Source of the DNA: Candidatus Latescibacterota bacterium
GTDB lineage: Bacteria > Latescibacterota > UBA2968 > UBA8231
Assembly (NCBI GenBank): GCA_965248355.1
Contig: OZ252098.1
Location: 3,296,001-3,360,000, forward strand
Direction of reading: 5' to 3'
Length of the DNA stretch: 64,000 nt
Shown: positions 21,123 to 30,703 of the stretch, in pieces
How the letters are laid out: every line of letters starts with the position of its first letter
Position numbering within the stretch: the first letter of the stretch is position 1
Program-made: the position numbers and the translations under genes
The notes under the pieces: model-generated
Seen by the model: the letters and a program-made list of their open reading frames with translations, nothing else
Databases searched by the model: none
What the model was told of the DNA's origin: nothing

Positions 21123-22136
21123 TCACCTCAGCCGCTTTCCGTACTGGCGGAGATAGTAGGCCCTGTAGTCCTCCCGGTTCCGGATCTCCCGCCACCACGA
21201 ATCGTGATCGACGTACCACCGCACGGTGCGGTCCATGGCTTCCTCGACGTCGATGGCCGGTGCCCAGCCGAGCCGCCGGATCTTGCTCGAGTCAAGGGCG
21301 TATCGCAGGTCGTGGCCGGCGCGGTCCTCGACGAACTGCAGCAGGCTCTCCGGCTTGCCCAACCGCTGGAGGATGGCCCGGGCCACCTGGATGCCGGTGG
21401 CCTCGTTCTCGCCGCCCACGTTGTAGACCTGGCCCGGCTCGCCGTGATGCAGCACCAGATCGATGGCCGCGCAGTGATCTTCCACATAGAGATGGTCGCG
21501 CACCTGCAGCCCGTTGCCGTAGACCGGCAGGGACAGGTCGTCCATGGCGTTGGTGATGAAGAGAGGCACCCGTTTCTCGGGATACTGGTAGGGCCCGATG
21601 GTGTTCGACGCCCGGGTGATCAGGGCTGGCACGCCGTGACTGACGTGAAAGGCGCGCACCAGCAGATCGGCGCTGGCCTTGGTCGCCGAGTACGGGTTCC
21701 GCGGCTGCAGGGGCCGGCCTTCGTCCCAGGCCCCCTCCTCGATGCTGCCGTAGACCTCGTCGGTGCTCACCTGGTGGTAGCGCTCGACCCCGTGCCGGCG
21801 GGCGGCCTCGAGGAGCACGTAGGTGCCCTGGACGTTGGTGTGCAGGAAATCGGCGCCGCCCAGGATGCTCCGGTCCACGTGGCTCTCGGCGGCGAGGTTG
21901 ACGACCCAGTCGGCCTGCGCCACCAGCGGATCCACCACACCGGCGTCGCAGATGTCGCCGTGGACGAACCGGTAGCGCTCGTCCGCCTGGAGCCCGTCCA
22001 GATTGGCCGGATTCCCCGCGTAGGTCAGCTTGTCGAGATTGACGACCCGGTAGTCGGGATGCTCGCGCAACACCCGGCGCACGAAGTTGGCGCCGATGAA
22101 GCCGCAGCCGCCCGTGACCAGCAGAGACCGGGCCAT
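21123..22136 (-). CDS. rfbB: dTDP-glucose 4,6-dehydratase
   Basis: TGGCGFIG, LDKLTYAGN, AAESHVDRS, VSTDEVYG, YSATK. Confidence 0.95.
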   Translation of the reverse strand: MARSLLVTGGCGFIGANFVRRVLREHPDYRVVNLDKLTYAGNPANLDGLQADERYRFVHGDICDAGVVDPLVAQADWVVNLAAESHVDRSILGGADFLHTNVQGTYVLLEAARRHGVERYHQVSTDEVYGSIEEGAWDEGRPLQPRNPYSATKASADLLVRAFHVSHGVPALITRASNTIGPYQYPEKRVPLFITNAMDDLSLPVYGNGLQVRDHLYVEDHCAAIDLVLHHGEPGQVYNVGGENEATGIQVARAILQRLGKPESLLQFVEDRAGHDLRYALDSSKIRRLGWAPAIDVEEAMDRTVRWYVDHDSWWREIRNREDYRAYYLRQYGKRLR

Positions 22137-23509
22137 CAGCCGGCCGGAGCCAGACGGCCGGGAAGGATCCAGTCGCCGGCGGCGGGGGCCGTCTCTCCGG
22201 GGCTGCGCCGCGGACGGCCGACGCTGACGTAGTCGAAGCCGAGGTCGGCCATCTCCTGGGGGTCGTACAGGTTGCGGCAGTCCAGAAGCCTCGGTGCGCC
22301 GAGACTCGCCCGGATGCGCGGCAGATCGATGTTGCGGAACTCGTTCCACTCCGTCATCAGCACCAGCGCATCGGCGGCGGCGGCGGCGGCATAGGGATCG
22401 TCGAAGCATCCGAGATCCGGGAGCAGGGCCCTGGCGTGGTCCATGGCGGCCGGATCGTAGGCCTGCACGGAGGCGCCCTCCCGCAGCAGGGCCTCGGCCA
22501 TCTCGATGGCGGGCGCCTCGCGGATGTCGTCCGTGTCGGGCTTGAAGGACAGCCCCAGCAGGCAGACGGTGCGGCCCTCGAACCCGCCCAGCAGGTCGCG
22601 CAGCTTGTCGATCATCCGCCGGCGCTGAGTCGAGTTGCTCCGGTCGATGGCCTGCAGCACGGGCGCCTCCACGCCCTTCTCGCGGGCCGTCGCGGCCAGG
22701 CCCTGAACGTCCTTCGGGAAGCAGCTGCCTCCGTAGCCGGCGCCGGCGCCGAGGTTGCGAGGTCCGATGCGCTCGTCGAGGCCCATGCCGCGAGCCACGG
22801 CGGTCACGTCGGCATCGGTGGCCTCACAGAGGCTGGCCATCTCGTTGATGAAGGAGATCTTGGCCGCCAGCAGCGCGTTCGAGGCGTACTTGATCATCTC
22901 CGCGCTCTGCACGTCGGTGAGGACCATCGGCACGTCGCGCTGGTAGAGGGGCCGGTAGAGGTCGATGACGGCCTCCATGGCGCGGCGGCTGGAGGCGCCG
23001 ATGACGACCCGGTCGGGATGCAGGAAGTCGTCGATGGCCGACCCCTCCCGCAGGAACTCGGGGTTCGAGACGACGTCCACATCGGCATCGCTCCGCTCGG
23101 CGGCGACGATGGACTCCACCTCGCCGCCGGTGCCCACGGGGACCGTGGACTTGTTGACGACGATCTTGTAGTCCTCCGCGTAGCGCCCGATGGAGCGCGC
23201 TGCCTGATGGACGTACGACATGTCCACGTCGCCGGACGGCAGGGAGGGGGTGCCGACGCAGATGAAGACGATCTCCGAGGACTTGACGGCGAAGGCGACG
23301 TCGGCGGAGAACGACAGCCGGCCGCGTTCCCGGTTGCGACCCACGAGCTCTTCGAGTCCCGGCTCGTAGATCGGCAGATGGCCCGAGCGCAGCCGATCGA
23401 TGCGGTCCTCGTCGATGTCGACACAGAGAACCGCGTTGCCGAAGTCGGCCAGGCAGGCGCTGGTGACCAGACCCACGTAGCCGCTGCCCATGGTGCAGAT
23501 ACGTCTCAC
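22136..23509 (-). CDS. ugd: UDP-glucose 6-dehydrogenase
   Basis: GSGYVGL, KSTVPVGT, SNPEFLREG, GYGGSCFPKD, FKPDTDDIRE. Confidence 0.94.
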   Translation of the reverse strand: MRRICTMGSGYVGLVTSACLADFGNAVLCVDIDEDRIDRLRSGHLPIYEPGLEELVGRNRERGRLSFSADVAFAVKSSEIVFICVGTPSLPSGDVDMSYVHQAARSIGRYAEDYKIVVNKSTVPVGTGGEVESIVAAERSDADVDVVSNPEFLREGSAIDDFLHPDRVVIGASSRRAMEAVIDLYRPLYQRDVPMVLTDVQSAEMIKYASNALLAAKISFINEMASLCEATDADVTAVARGMGLDERIGPRNLGAGAGYGGSCFPKDVQGLAATAREKGVEAPVLQAIDRSNSTQRRRMIDKLRDLLGGFEGRTVCLLGLSFKPDTDDIREAPAIEMAEALLREGASVQAYDPAAMDHARALLPDLGCFDDPYAAAAAADALVLMTEWNEFRNIDLPRIRASLGAPRLLDCRNLYDPQEMADLGFDYVSVGRPRRSPGETAPAAGDWILPGRLAPAG

Positions 23510-23570
23510 GAGAAGTCCCTTCCCGGGAGGTCAGGACCCTTGGGAAGCAAGAATCCGGCGCTCGCGGGTG

Positions 23571-24332
23571 TCAACCGAGAAAGCGGATCCAGTTGCGCTC
23601 CAGGCGGTCGCCGAGATCCTCGATGTCGACGCCCTTGAGCCGGACGAGTTCCTCCGCCACCGCCCGCACGCCGCGCGGGTGGCCGGCCACGCCCCCCACC
23701 GGCACCGGGGCGTCGGTCTCGAGCAGCAGCAGGTCGTCGTCGATCTCGCAGGCCACCGCGGCGGCCCCCGGGTCCGAGACCACGGCGGGGCCCACCGAGA
23801 CGAACAGCCCTTCTTCGTTGCAGATGCGAACGAGCTTCTTCGACTGAGTGAACCAGTGCAGCTGGGCGTTCAGGCCCGTCTCTCGATGGAAAGCGGCGGC
23901 GGCTTCCATCACCTGCCGCGGGCAGCGGCGGGAGTGCAGATTGACGGGCTTGCGGTGACGTGCGGCCAGCTCGAAGTGGCGCTCCAGGGCCCGGGCCTGC
24001 TCGGCCTGCTGATCGGGGGTGGCCGCCCACTTGTGGTCCAGTCCCGTCTCGCCCACGACGACGGCCTCCGCCAGACGGGCGGCGAGCAGCTCCAGGTCGG
24101 GCTCGACCCCCGCCAGACCTCGCCGGGTCACGGTCACGGGGTGCACGCCCAGACCCGGGAGAACGCGCCCGGGGAAGCGGGCGGCCAGAGCCAGCACGGT
24201 GGCCATCGAGCCGGCGTCCTCGGAGACGGCGACGAGTCGCCCGACGCCGGCGGAGGCCGCCGCCTCGAGCACGGGCTCTGGAGGGCCGAGCTGGTCGAGG
24301 TGGCAGTGGCTGTCGGTCAGCGCCGGGGCCAC
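23571..24332 (-). CDS. TatD-family hydrolase
   Basis: DSHCHLD, GETGLD, LHSR, LHWF, LETDAP. Confidence 0.92.
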   Translation of the reverse strand: MAPALTDSHCHLDQLGPPEPVLEAAASAGVGRLVAVSEDAGSMATVLALAARFPGRVLPGLGVHPVTVTRRGLAGVEPDLELLAARLAEAVVVGETGLDHKWAATPDQQAEQARALERHFELAARHRKPVNLHSRRCPRQVMEAAAAFHRETGLNAQLHWFTQSKKLVRICNEEGLFVSVGPAVVSDPGAAAVACEIDDDLLLLETDAPVPVGGVAGHPRGVRAVAEELVRLKGVDIEDLGDRLERNWIRFLG

Positions 24333-24337
24333 GGATG

Positions 24338-25312
24338 CTAGACCGTCAGCCCCGTGGTCTCGTCCACGTCCAGCATCAGGTTCAGGCATTGGACGGCGTT
24401 GCCGGAGGCCCCCTTGCCGAGGTTGTCCTCCCTCCCCACCAGCACGAGGCCGACCTCCGGACGGCCGAAGACGAACAGGTCGAGCCGGTTGGTGAGATTG
24501 GCGCCGCCGAGATCGAGGAAGCGGCCGTCCCGCAGATGGTCCCGCGCCTCGGCGGGATCGACGGCCCGAACGAAGGGTTCGCCGGCGTAGCGGGCCGACC
24601 ACAGGTCGAAGACCTGCTCCGCCGTCGTGCCCGGCCGGCGCCAGGCCGCGGCGGGAATGGGCGTGCTGGTGAGCATGCCGCAATAGCTGTGGTCCACGGA
24701 GGGCACGAACAGGGGGGGCTGCCGGCTCAGGCTGAAGCGCTGCATCTCGGCCAGGTGCTTGTGGTCGCCGTCGAGGCCGTACAGGGCGAGGGGAAGGCCG
24801 GCCTCGCCGCCGACGCCGGTGTGGGCCCGGTACTCCTCGATCATCCGCCGGCCGCCGCCGGAGTAGCCGGAGACGGCGTTGACGGTCAGCGGCGTGCCGG
24901 CGTCGAGCAGACCCGCCTCGATCAGGGGGCGCACGGCCAGGATGAACCCCACGGGGTAGCATCCGCAGTTGGCCACCCGGGGCGCAGTGCGGATCGCCTC
25001 GCGCTGCTCCGGTGACAGCTCGGGAAGGCCGTAGACCCAGCCGGGATCCACTCGCCGGGCGGTGCTGGTATCGATGACGCGGGTCCCGGCCTCGGGAGCC
25101 AGCAGCTCCAGCGCCTCCGCGGCGGCGGCGTCCGGCAGGCAGAGGATCGCCAGGTCAGCCTCGTTCAGAAGCCGGCGCCTCGCCTCCAGGTCCTTGCGCT
25201 CCGCGTCGGGGATCCGGCGCACGTCGAGATCGGCGCGTCCGGCCAGCAGGTTCCGGATCCGCAGTCCGGTCGTACCTTCCTGGCCGTCGATGTAGATGGT
25301 GGAGCGGCTCAC
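24338..25312 (-). CDS. argC: N-acetyl-gamma-glutamyl-phosphate reductase (short form)
   Basis: IDGQEGTTGL, GCYP active-site Cys, VSGYSGGG, DNLGKGASG. Confidence 0.95.
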   Translation of the reverse strand: MSRSTIYIDGQEGTTGLRIRNLLAGRADLDVRRIPDAERKDLEARRRLLNEADLAILCLPDAAAAEALELLAPEAGTRVIDTSTARRVDPGWVYGLPELSPEQREAIRTAPRVANCGCYPVGFILAVRPLIEAGLLDAGTPLTVNAVSGYSGGGRRMIEEYRAHTGVGGEAGLPLALYGLDGDHKHLAEMQRFSLSRQPPLFVPSVDHSYCGMLTSTPIPAAAWRRPGTTAEQVFDLWSARYAGEPFVRAVDPAEARDHLRDGRFLDLGGANLTNRLDLFVFGRPEVGLVLVGREDNLGKGASGNAVQCLNLMLDVDETTGLTV

Positions 25313-25324
25313 GGGCAGGCTCTG

Positions 25325-25342
25325 AACGAATAAATATTCGAA
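25325..25342. promoter_or_regulatory. ARG-box-like palindromic operator upstream of argC
   Basis: aaCGAAT-AAAT-ATTCGaa within an AT-rich patch just upstream of the argC start. Confidence 0.6.
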
Positions 25343-25364
25343 AAAACCTGATAAATTCTAATCC

Positions 25365-26354
25365 GTGGACCCCTGTGAGTCAACCGCCGCAACCGCGGGA
25401 TGGAGCCGCCGCCGCAACGGCGGATGGGTGTACGAGGACGTCGTGGACGCGGAGGCGTCCGGGTGGCGGGCGGTCGATTTCTACGCCCGGCGCTATCCGC
25501 ACTCCTCCGAGGCGCAGTGGCGCCGGCGGCTGCGGGAGGGAAGGATTCGCGGCGCCCACGGCCCCGTGGACGCCGACGAACGGCTGCGGCCGGGGCAGCG
25601 GCTGGAATACCACCGGCCGCCGTGGACGGAGCCGCCGGCGCCCCGCCGCTTCGCCGTGGTCTGGGACGACGGCGACCTGCTGGCCGTGGCCAAGCCGCGG
25701 GGATTGCAGGTCCTGCCGGCGGCGGAGTTCCTCGAGAACACCCTGCTCCACGTGGTCCGCGAGCGGCTCGGCGGGAGCCCGGCCCCCGCCCACCGGCTGG
25801 GCCGCGGCACCTCGGGGATCGTGCTCTTCGCGCGCTCGCCCGCAGCCCGGCGGGGGCTGGCGTCCGCCTTCGAGAACCGCCGCGTCAAGAAGCTCTACCG
25901 CGCCCTGGCCCAGGGGATCGGCATGGAGGACCGTTTCACCGTGGAAGCACCCATCGGACCCGTCCCCTATGGGAGTCCGGTCCAGGTCTTCGCCGCCCGC
26001 CCGGACGGACGGCCGGCGCTCTCCCACGTCCGGGTGGTGGAACGGCGTCCCTCCGACGGCGTCACTCTTGTGGAAGTGGAGATCCCCACGGGCCGGCCCC
26101 ACCAGATCCGCATCCATCTGGCGGCGGCCGGGTTCCCGCTGGTGGGGGAGCCGCTGTACGCCGCCGGCGGCAGCCCCCGGAAAACGCAGGGCGGGCAGGA
26201 GCCGCCTCGCCCCGGAGATACGGGCTACGCCCTGCACGCCGTGCAGGTCACCTGCAGCCATCCGACAAACCATGCGAGGATCAGTCTGTACGATCGGCCG
26301 CCCGCGGACCTGCTGGGCGCCGACGAGCGGCTCCGCCGGCCGCCGGGAGGGTGA
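25365..26354 (+). CDS. RluA-family pseudouridine synthase
   Basis: VAKPRGL, HRLGRGTSG and TGRPHQIRIH; start uncertain. Confidence 0.9.
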   Translation: MDPCESTAATAGWSRRRNGGWVYEDVVDAEASGWRAVDFYARRYPHSSEAQWRRRLREGRIRGAHGPVDADERLRPGQRLEYHRPPWTEPPAPRRFAVVWDDGDLLAVAKPRGLQVLPAAEFLENTLLHVVRERLGGSPAPAHRLGRGTSGIVLFARSPAARRGLASAFENRRVKKLYRALAQGIGMEDRFTVEAPIGPVPYGSPVQVFAARPDGRPALSHVRVVERRPSDGVTLVEVEIPTGRPHQIRIHLAAAGFPLVGEPLYAAGGSPRKTQGGQEPPRPGDTGYALHAVQVTCSHPTNHARISLYDRPPADLLGADERLRRPPGG

Positions 26355-26373
26355 CCGGCCGCGCCGGGACCCC

Positions 26374-27252
26374 CTACCCCCAGCTCTCCCGCTTGATCCG
26401 CCGCTCCTCGATCCCCGCCTCGGCCAGCAGGGCCATCATGTGCTCGACGAACTTCGGCTCCGGCTCCTCGCCGCGGCCCCGGGCCTCCTTGCGCTCCCAG
26501 GGCAGCACCCCGGGACCGCAGCAGTAGACCATGGAGTCGGCCGGATCGAGGTAGCGCTCGATCAGACCGCGGTCGATCCGGCCCCGCCGTCCCTGGGGCT
26601 CCACGCCGGCCGGGTCCTCCCGGGTTATGCAGTGGAGGACCTCGAAGTGGTCGGGATGCCGGGCCGCGAGGCGGGCGAAGTCGTCGTAGTAGATGATGTC
26701 GCCCTTGGTCTTGCTGCTGTAGAGCAGGACGTGGCGCAGGCCGTCGCCGGCGTGGAGGGAATGCTTGATGAGGGCGAAGTTGGGGACGATCCCGGAGCCG
26801 GCGCAGATATGGAGGATCCGCTTTGGGCCCTCCTCCGCTCCGGCCAGGGTGTACGGCCCGGTGAACCCGCGAATCACCAGCTTCGTTCCCGCGGGACAGT
26901 GCCGGGTCAGCGGCGGGGACAGGACGGGAGGGTACTTCGACTCCCCCGCCCAGTAGGTCTCCTCCTTGATCGTGATCAGGAGGTGCTCCTCGTGGGGAGC
27001 CGATCCCATGGAGTAGGCCCGCGGCTTCTCCCGGGCGCTCTTGATCTCCTCCAGGTAGGCGATGGTCTGCTGAAGGAACCCGAACTGGTGGGGGTCGATG
27101 GTGATGAATTGTCCGGCCTCGTAGTCGCGCGGCTCCTCGCCGATGTCGAGAAACAGGCTCGCCGTGTCGTGGGTCTCCTGCCGGACCTCGGCGACCACGG
27201 CCTCCACTTCCCGCACCTTGCGGCGCGGCCTGCGTGGCGCCGGGCCGGTCAA
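26374..27252 (-). CDS. Ferredoxin-reductase-like FAD/NAD(P)H oxidoreductase
   Basis: AGQFITI, RAYS (RxYS), GSGIVP, YCCGPG; TTG overlaps upstream stop. Confidence 0.85.
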   Translation of the reverse strand: MTGPAPRRPRRKVREVEAVVAEVRQETHDTASLFLDIGEEPRDYEAGQFITIDPHQFGFLQQTIAYLEEIKSAREKPRAYSMGSAPHEEHLLITIKEETYWAGESKYPPVLSPPLTRHCPAGTKLVIRGFTGPYTLAGAEEGPKRILHICAGSGIVPNFALIKHSLHAGDGLRHVLLYSSKTKGDIIYYDDFARLAARHPDHFEVLHCITREDPAGVEPQGRRGRIDRGLIERYLDPADSMVYCCGPGVLPWERKEARGRGEEPEPKFVEHMMALLAEAGIEERRIKRESWG

Positions 27253-27521
27253 TCCAGCCCCTTCTCCCGCAGGTGGGCCTTCATCCGCTCGATGACGCCG
27301 TCGTCGTCGTCGCACTCCGCTACCAGCCGGGTGAACTCCTCGGCCGACATCCGCACCTGCTCGAGAAAGCGCTGGTCCGCCGGACAGGGGTAGATGTAGG
27401 CGCCGATACGGCCCTGGTCGGTGGCCCGCGCCTTGTCCGTGATCCGCGCCAGCCAGGGGATGTCGCCCATGATCAGGCCTCGGGCCCGGGGCTTGAAGTC
27501 GAAGGAATCGCTATCGCTCAC
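27249..27521 (-). CDS. DUF5069-like small protein
   Basis: WLARITDKARA...GAYIYPCPADQRFL pattern. Confidence 0.75.
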   Translation of the reverse strand: MSDSDSFDFKPRARGLIMGDIPWLARITDKARATDQGRIGAYIYPCPADQRFLEQVRMSAEEFTRLVAECDDDDGVIERMKAHLREKGLD

Positions 27522-28536
27522 GGGATTGATCCTGGAGGAGGAGGTGATGTTGGCGCCGGAGCTGACGGCGCAACTCGGCGGTCAGAGGATCCGCGCTGAG
27601 GGGCACGGTCAGCTTGCGCGCCAGGGGAGGGGGAAGGACGGCGCCGTCCCGGCGCCCCGCCAGGAGAAGGTGGAAGATCAGGTGGTGCCCGTCGAGGGAG
27701 AACCGCGAGCCCTCGTCGAGGCCGCAGCCTTCGAGGCTGCCGGGGTCGAGCAGGCTCGTCTCCGGCGGCCCTTCGGCGTCGGCGATCGAAGTATACTGAA
27801 CGGCTCTTCGAGGGGTCCAGTCCCAGCCGATCTTGGACAGTTCGATGAAAGTCAGGCGGCCGCCGCCGCCATCGACGACGACATTGCCGGGCTGGTAGTC
27901 GGTGGTCCCGAGCCTCGGGGGAAGCCGCGCCAGGCGCCCGTGCAGCCGCCGCAGGAGCCCCTCGAGCGCCCGGGAACCGCCGCGGATCCCGAACAAGGCC
28001 CGCAGAACGGTGACGGCTTCCTCTCCCGCCTGCTCCCAGGCGCGCCCCAGGTCCCTGCGAGAAGCCCCGGGGGCCACGCGGCCTTCCCACTCGGGGCCCG
28101 CCAGGGCGCTCTCGATACACCCGATCCCTGACCAGATCTTCGCCAGCCACCGGCGGCGGGTGGCCGGATCCGTCTCCAGGGGCAGGGCCTCTGCGAGAGT
28201 GCGCGGACCGGCGTTCTCGAGGAGGACGATCTGGGATCCGGGATCGGCCCCGAAAGCGACGGGCACCGGGCAACCGCGCCGGCGGAGGTGGCGCAGGACC
28301 TCTACCTCCAGGCGGACCAGGTCGTAGGGCTCGCCGCGCGTCAGCAGTCCGTGGAGCTGCTGCTTGGCCACGACCCACCCCCCGTCCGACAGCTCCAGGC
28401 GCCAGACGTCGACGGCAATCCGGTGGATGGCGGCGACCGCGGGGAACCCGGGAACGAGCCCGGGAACGACCTCCCGCAGCCGGTCGTGGACCGCGGCCGT
28501 CCACTGCGCGTCCGAGGGCGGCGCGCAGCCGGCCAC
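27511..28536 (-). CDS. Aminoglycoside phosphotransferase/kinase-like protein
   Basis: VVAK (ATP-binding Lys), E..VL, LLENAG, Brenner-like DYQPGN; start approximate. Confidence 0.65.
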   Translation of the reverse strand: MAGCAPPSDAQWTAAVHDRLREVVPGLVPGFPAVAAIHRIAVDVWRLELSDGGWVVAKQQLHGLLTRGEPYDLVRLEVEVLRHLRRRGCPVPVAFGADPGSQIVLLENAGPRTLAEALPLETDPATRRRWLAKIWSGIGCIESALAGPEWEGRVAPGASRRDLGRAWEQAGEEAVTVLRALFGIRGGSRALEGLLRRLHGRLARLPPRLGTTDYQPGNVVVDGGGGRLTFIELSKIGWDWTPRRAVQYTSIADAEGPPETSLLDPGSLEGCGLDEGSRFSLDGHHLIFHLLLAGRRDGAVLPPPLARKLTVPLSADPLTAELRRQLRRQHHLLLQDQSRER

Positions 28537-28904
28537 TAATCGAAGAGGATGACCTGAGCGACCACCTTGCCGGCCTGACAGTTGTGGCCGGGATGGTCGT
28601 TCATGGCGAGGAACAGGGTACCGCCGCAGCCGGCCAGGGTGTCGCAGCGGCTGCCGACGGCAAAGGCCGGGCCGTCGCCGATGCGGGCGATGAGGGCGCC
28701 CACGTTGGCCCCGGGAAGCAGGTAGCCCTCGCCAGCGGCCTGGTTGTAAACCCCGTCGGCTCCGCACCAGACGATCTGATCGCGCATGTCGGGGGACCAG
28801 GTCTCCTCGACGTCGAAGACGATGCGCTGCCCCTCGCGGATGGAGATGAGGGTGTCCTGCCAGGTGGGACTGGGACGCACGGTCCGCAGAATGGTCAATG
28901 CCAT
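28536..28904 (-). CDS. LecA/PA-IL-like lectin-fold protein
   Basis: 122 aa; WQDT, GALIARIG, GTLFLAMND resemble PA-IL GALVMKIG and GAITLIYND. Confidence 0.65.
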   Translation of the reverse strand: MALTILRTVRPSPTWQDTLISIREGQRIVFDVEETWSPDMRDQIVWCGADGVYNQAAGEGYLLPGANVGALIARIGDGPAFAVGSRCDTLAGCGGTLFLAMNDHPGHNCQAGKVVAQVILFD

Positions 28905-28941
28905 GACGGGCTAGGCTAACCGATTCCGGTCACCGGAGCAA

Positions 28942-30021
28942 TCAATCGAGCTCGGGTCCCAGCCGCAGGGAATGGGTCTTCATCAGACAGAACACCGGCT
29001 GCCCCGGGGCGAGGCCCAGCTCCTCCACGGCCTCGGGAGTGACCTTGGCCGCGATGCGGTGGCCCACGTCGATGTAGACCAACCGCGTGGCGCCGACCTC
29101 GGCGATCTCCGTGACCTTCCCGGCCAGGGCGTTGCGCACGCTCAGCCCTTCGGGCGCCATCCTCGTGAGGATGACATCGTCGGCCCGCAGTCCGACGAAC
29201 AACCGCGTGCCCACGGGCCGGTCGCAGTAGGGGATGCGCAGATCCTGGCCGGCGCAGCGCGCCCGGCAGACCCCGGTGGCTTGATCGCTGGCCGCGATCT
29301 CCACGGGCAGAACGTTCTCGAACCCGAACTCGTCGACCAGGGGCAGCACCTGCGGGTCGGAGGCGATCCGGAAGAAGTCGCCGTGGGCGATGGCGCGGCC
29401 CTGGTCCAGGACGATCACCTGGTTCGTCAACTCCAGGATCTCCGCCACGGAGTGGCTGACGTAGAGAACCGGGATGCCGAGGTCGGAGCGCACGTGGCGC
29501 AGGTAGGGGATGATGCGGCTCTTGAGCCCCTGGTCGAGGGAGGCCAGGGGCTCGTCCATCAGCAGCAGCCGGGGGGAGGCCAGCAGGGCCCGCCCCAAGG
29601 CCACGCGCTGCCGCTCCCCGCCGGACAGATTCCGCGGCCGGCGCTCGAGCAGCGGGCCGATCTCGAGCAACTCGGCGATCCGCCCCGGCTCGAAGCGCCG
29701 CTCCGCCGCCGGCAGCAGGTCGTAGCCGAAGCGCAGGTTGTCGCCCACGCTCAGGTGCGGGAACAGCAGGTCCTGCTGGAAGACGTAGCCCAGCCGTCTC
29801 GCTTCGGGCGGCAGGTCGATGCCTTCCGCGGCGTCGTAGAGGACCTCGCCGTCCAGCTCGACGCGGCCCTCCTCCGGCCGCAGCAGGCCGGCGACCATGT
29901 CGAGGAGCGAGGTCTTGCCGCTCCCGGAGCGGCCGAAGACCGCGGTCACGGCCGCGGAGCAGCCGAGGTCGACGTCGAACTCGAAGGCGCCCAGGCGGCG
30001 GCGAAGGCGCAGGGTCAGCAC
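28942..30021 (-). CDS. modC: Molybdate ABC transporter ATP-binding protein
   Basis: GRSGSGKT, LFPHL, LSGGERQR, MDEPLASLD; C-terminal TOBE with LSVRN. Confidence 0.93.
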   Translation of the reverse strand: MLTLRLRRRLGAFEFDVDLGCSAAVTAVFGRSGSGKTSLLDMVAGLLRPEEGRVELDGEVLYDAAEGIDLPPEARRLGYVFQQDLLFPHLSVGDNLRFGYDLLPAAERRFEPGRIAELLEIGPLLERRPRNLSGGERQRVALGRALLASPRLLLMDEPLASLDQGLKSRIIPYLRHVRSDLGIPVLYVSHSVAEILELTNQVIVLDQGRAIAHGDFFRIASDPQVLPLVDEFGFENVLPVEIAASDQATGVCRARCAGQDLRIPYCDRPVGTRLFVGLRADDVILTRMAPEGLSVRNALAGKVTEIAEVGATRLVYIDVGHRIAAKVTPEAVEELGLAPGQPVFCLMKTHSLRLGPELD

Positions 30022-30025
30022 GGCA

Positions 30026-30700
30026 TCACCCGCGCTTCCTCCGGCGCGCCGCCCACTCGCTGGCCAGCAGCGCCGCCAGCGACACGGCCACGGAGACCCC
30101 CACCAGGCGGAGGGCGGCCTCCTCGCCCCCGGGCTGGTTGAGGCTGGTGTAGATGGCCAGCGGGATCGTGCGCGTCTGACCGGGGATGTTGGCCACGAAG
30201 GTGATGGTGGCCCCGAACTCGCCGAGACTGCGGGCGAAGGCGAGCAGAGCGCCCACCCAGAGCCCGGAGGCGGCGAGGGGCAGGGTGACGGTGAAGAAGG
30301 CCCGCACCGGCCCCGCACCGAGGGTGCGCGCCACACCCTCCAGGCGCGGGTCCACGTCCTCGATGGCGAGGCGAACGGCTCGCAGGGACAGGGGAAAGGC
30401 GACCACCGCCGAGGCCAGGGCGGCCCCCTTCCAGTCGAAGACAAGGGACAGTCCGAGGCCGTCCAGCAGCGGCCCGAGGAGCCCCCGCCTGCCGAACAAC
30501 CGCAGCAGCAGGTACCCCGTGACCACGGGCGGCAGCACCAGGGGCAGGTGGCACAGACCGTCCAGGAGGAACTTGCCCGGGAAGTCGCGCCGGGCCAGCA
30601 GCCATCCCAGGGCGACGGCCGGCGGCAGGCTCGCCAGGACGCAGGCCACGGCGACGCGCAGGGACAGGCCCAGCACCTCCCACTCCTGGGGTGTGAGCAA
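30026..30700 (-). CDS. modB: Molybdate ABC transporter permease
   Basis: LPLVLPPVVTGY, FARSLGEFGAT, TRTIPLAIY. Confidence 0.95.
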   Translation of the reverse strand: MLTPQEWEVLGLSLRVAVACVLASLPPAVALGWLLARRDFPGKFLLDGLCHLPLVLPPVVTGYLLLRLFGRRGLLGPLLDGLGLSLVFDWKGAALASAVVAFPLSLRAVRLAIEDVDPRLEGVARTLGAGPVRAFFTVTLPLAASGLWVGALLAFARSLGEFGATITFVANIPGQTRTIPLAIYTSLNQPGGEEAALRLVGVSVAVSLAALLASEWAARRRKRG

Positions 30701-30703
30701 GGG

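Noticed and set aside
23545..23574. TTGACA overlapping the tatD stop upstream of ugd
   Set aside because: No convincing -10; may be a chance Gly-stop sequence
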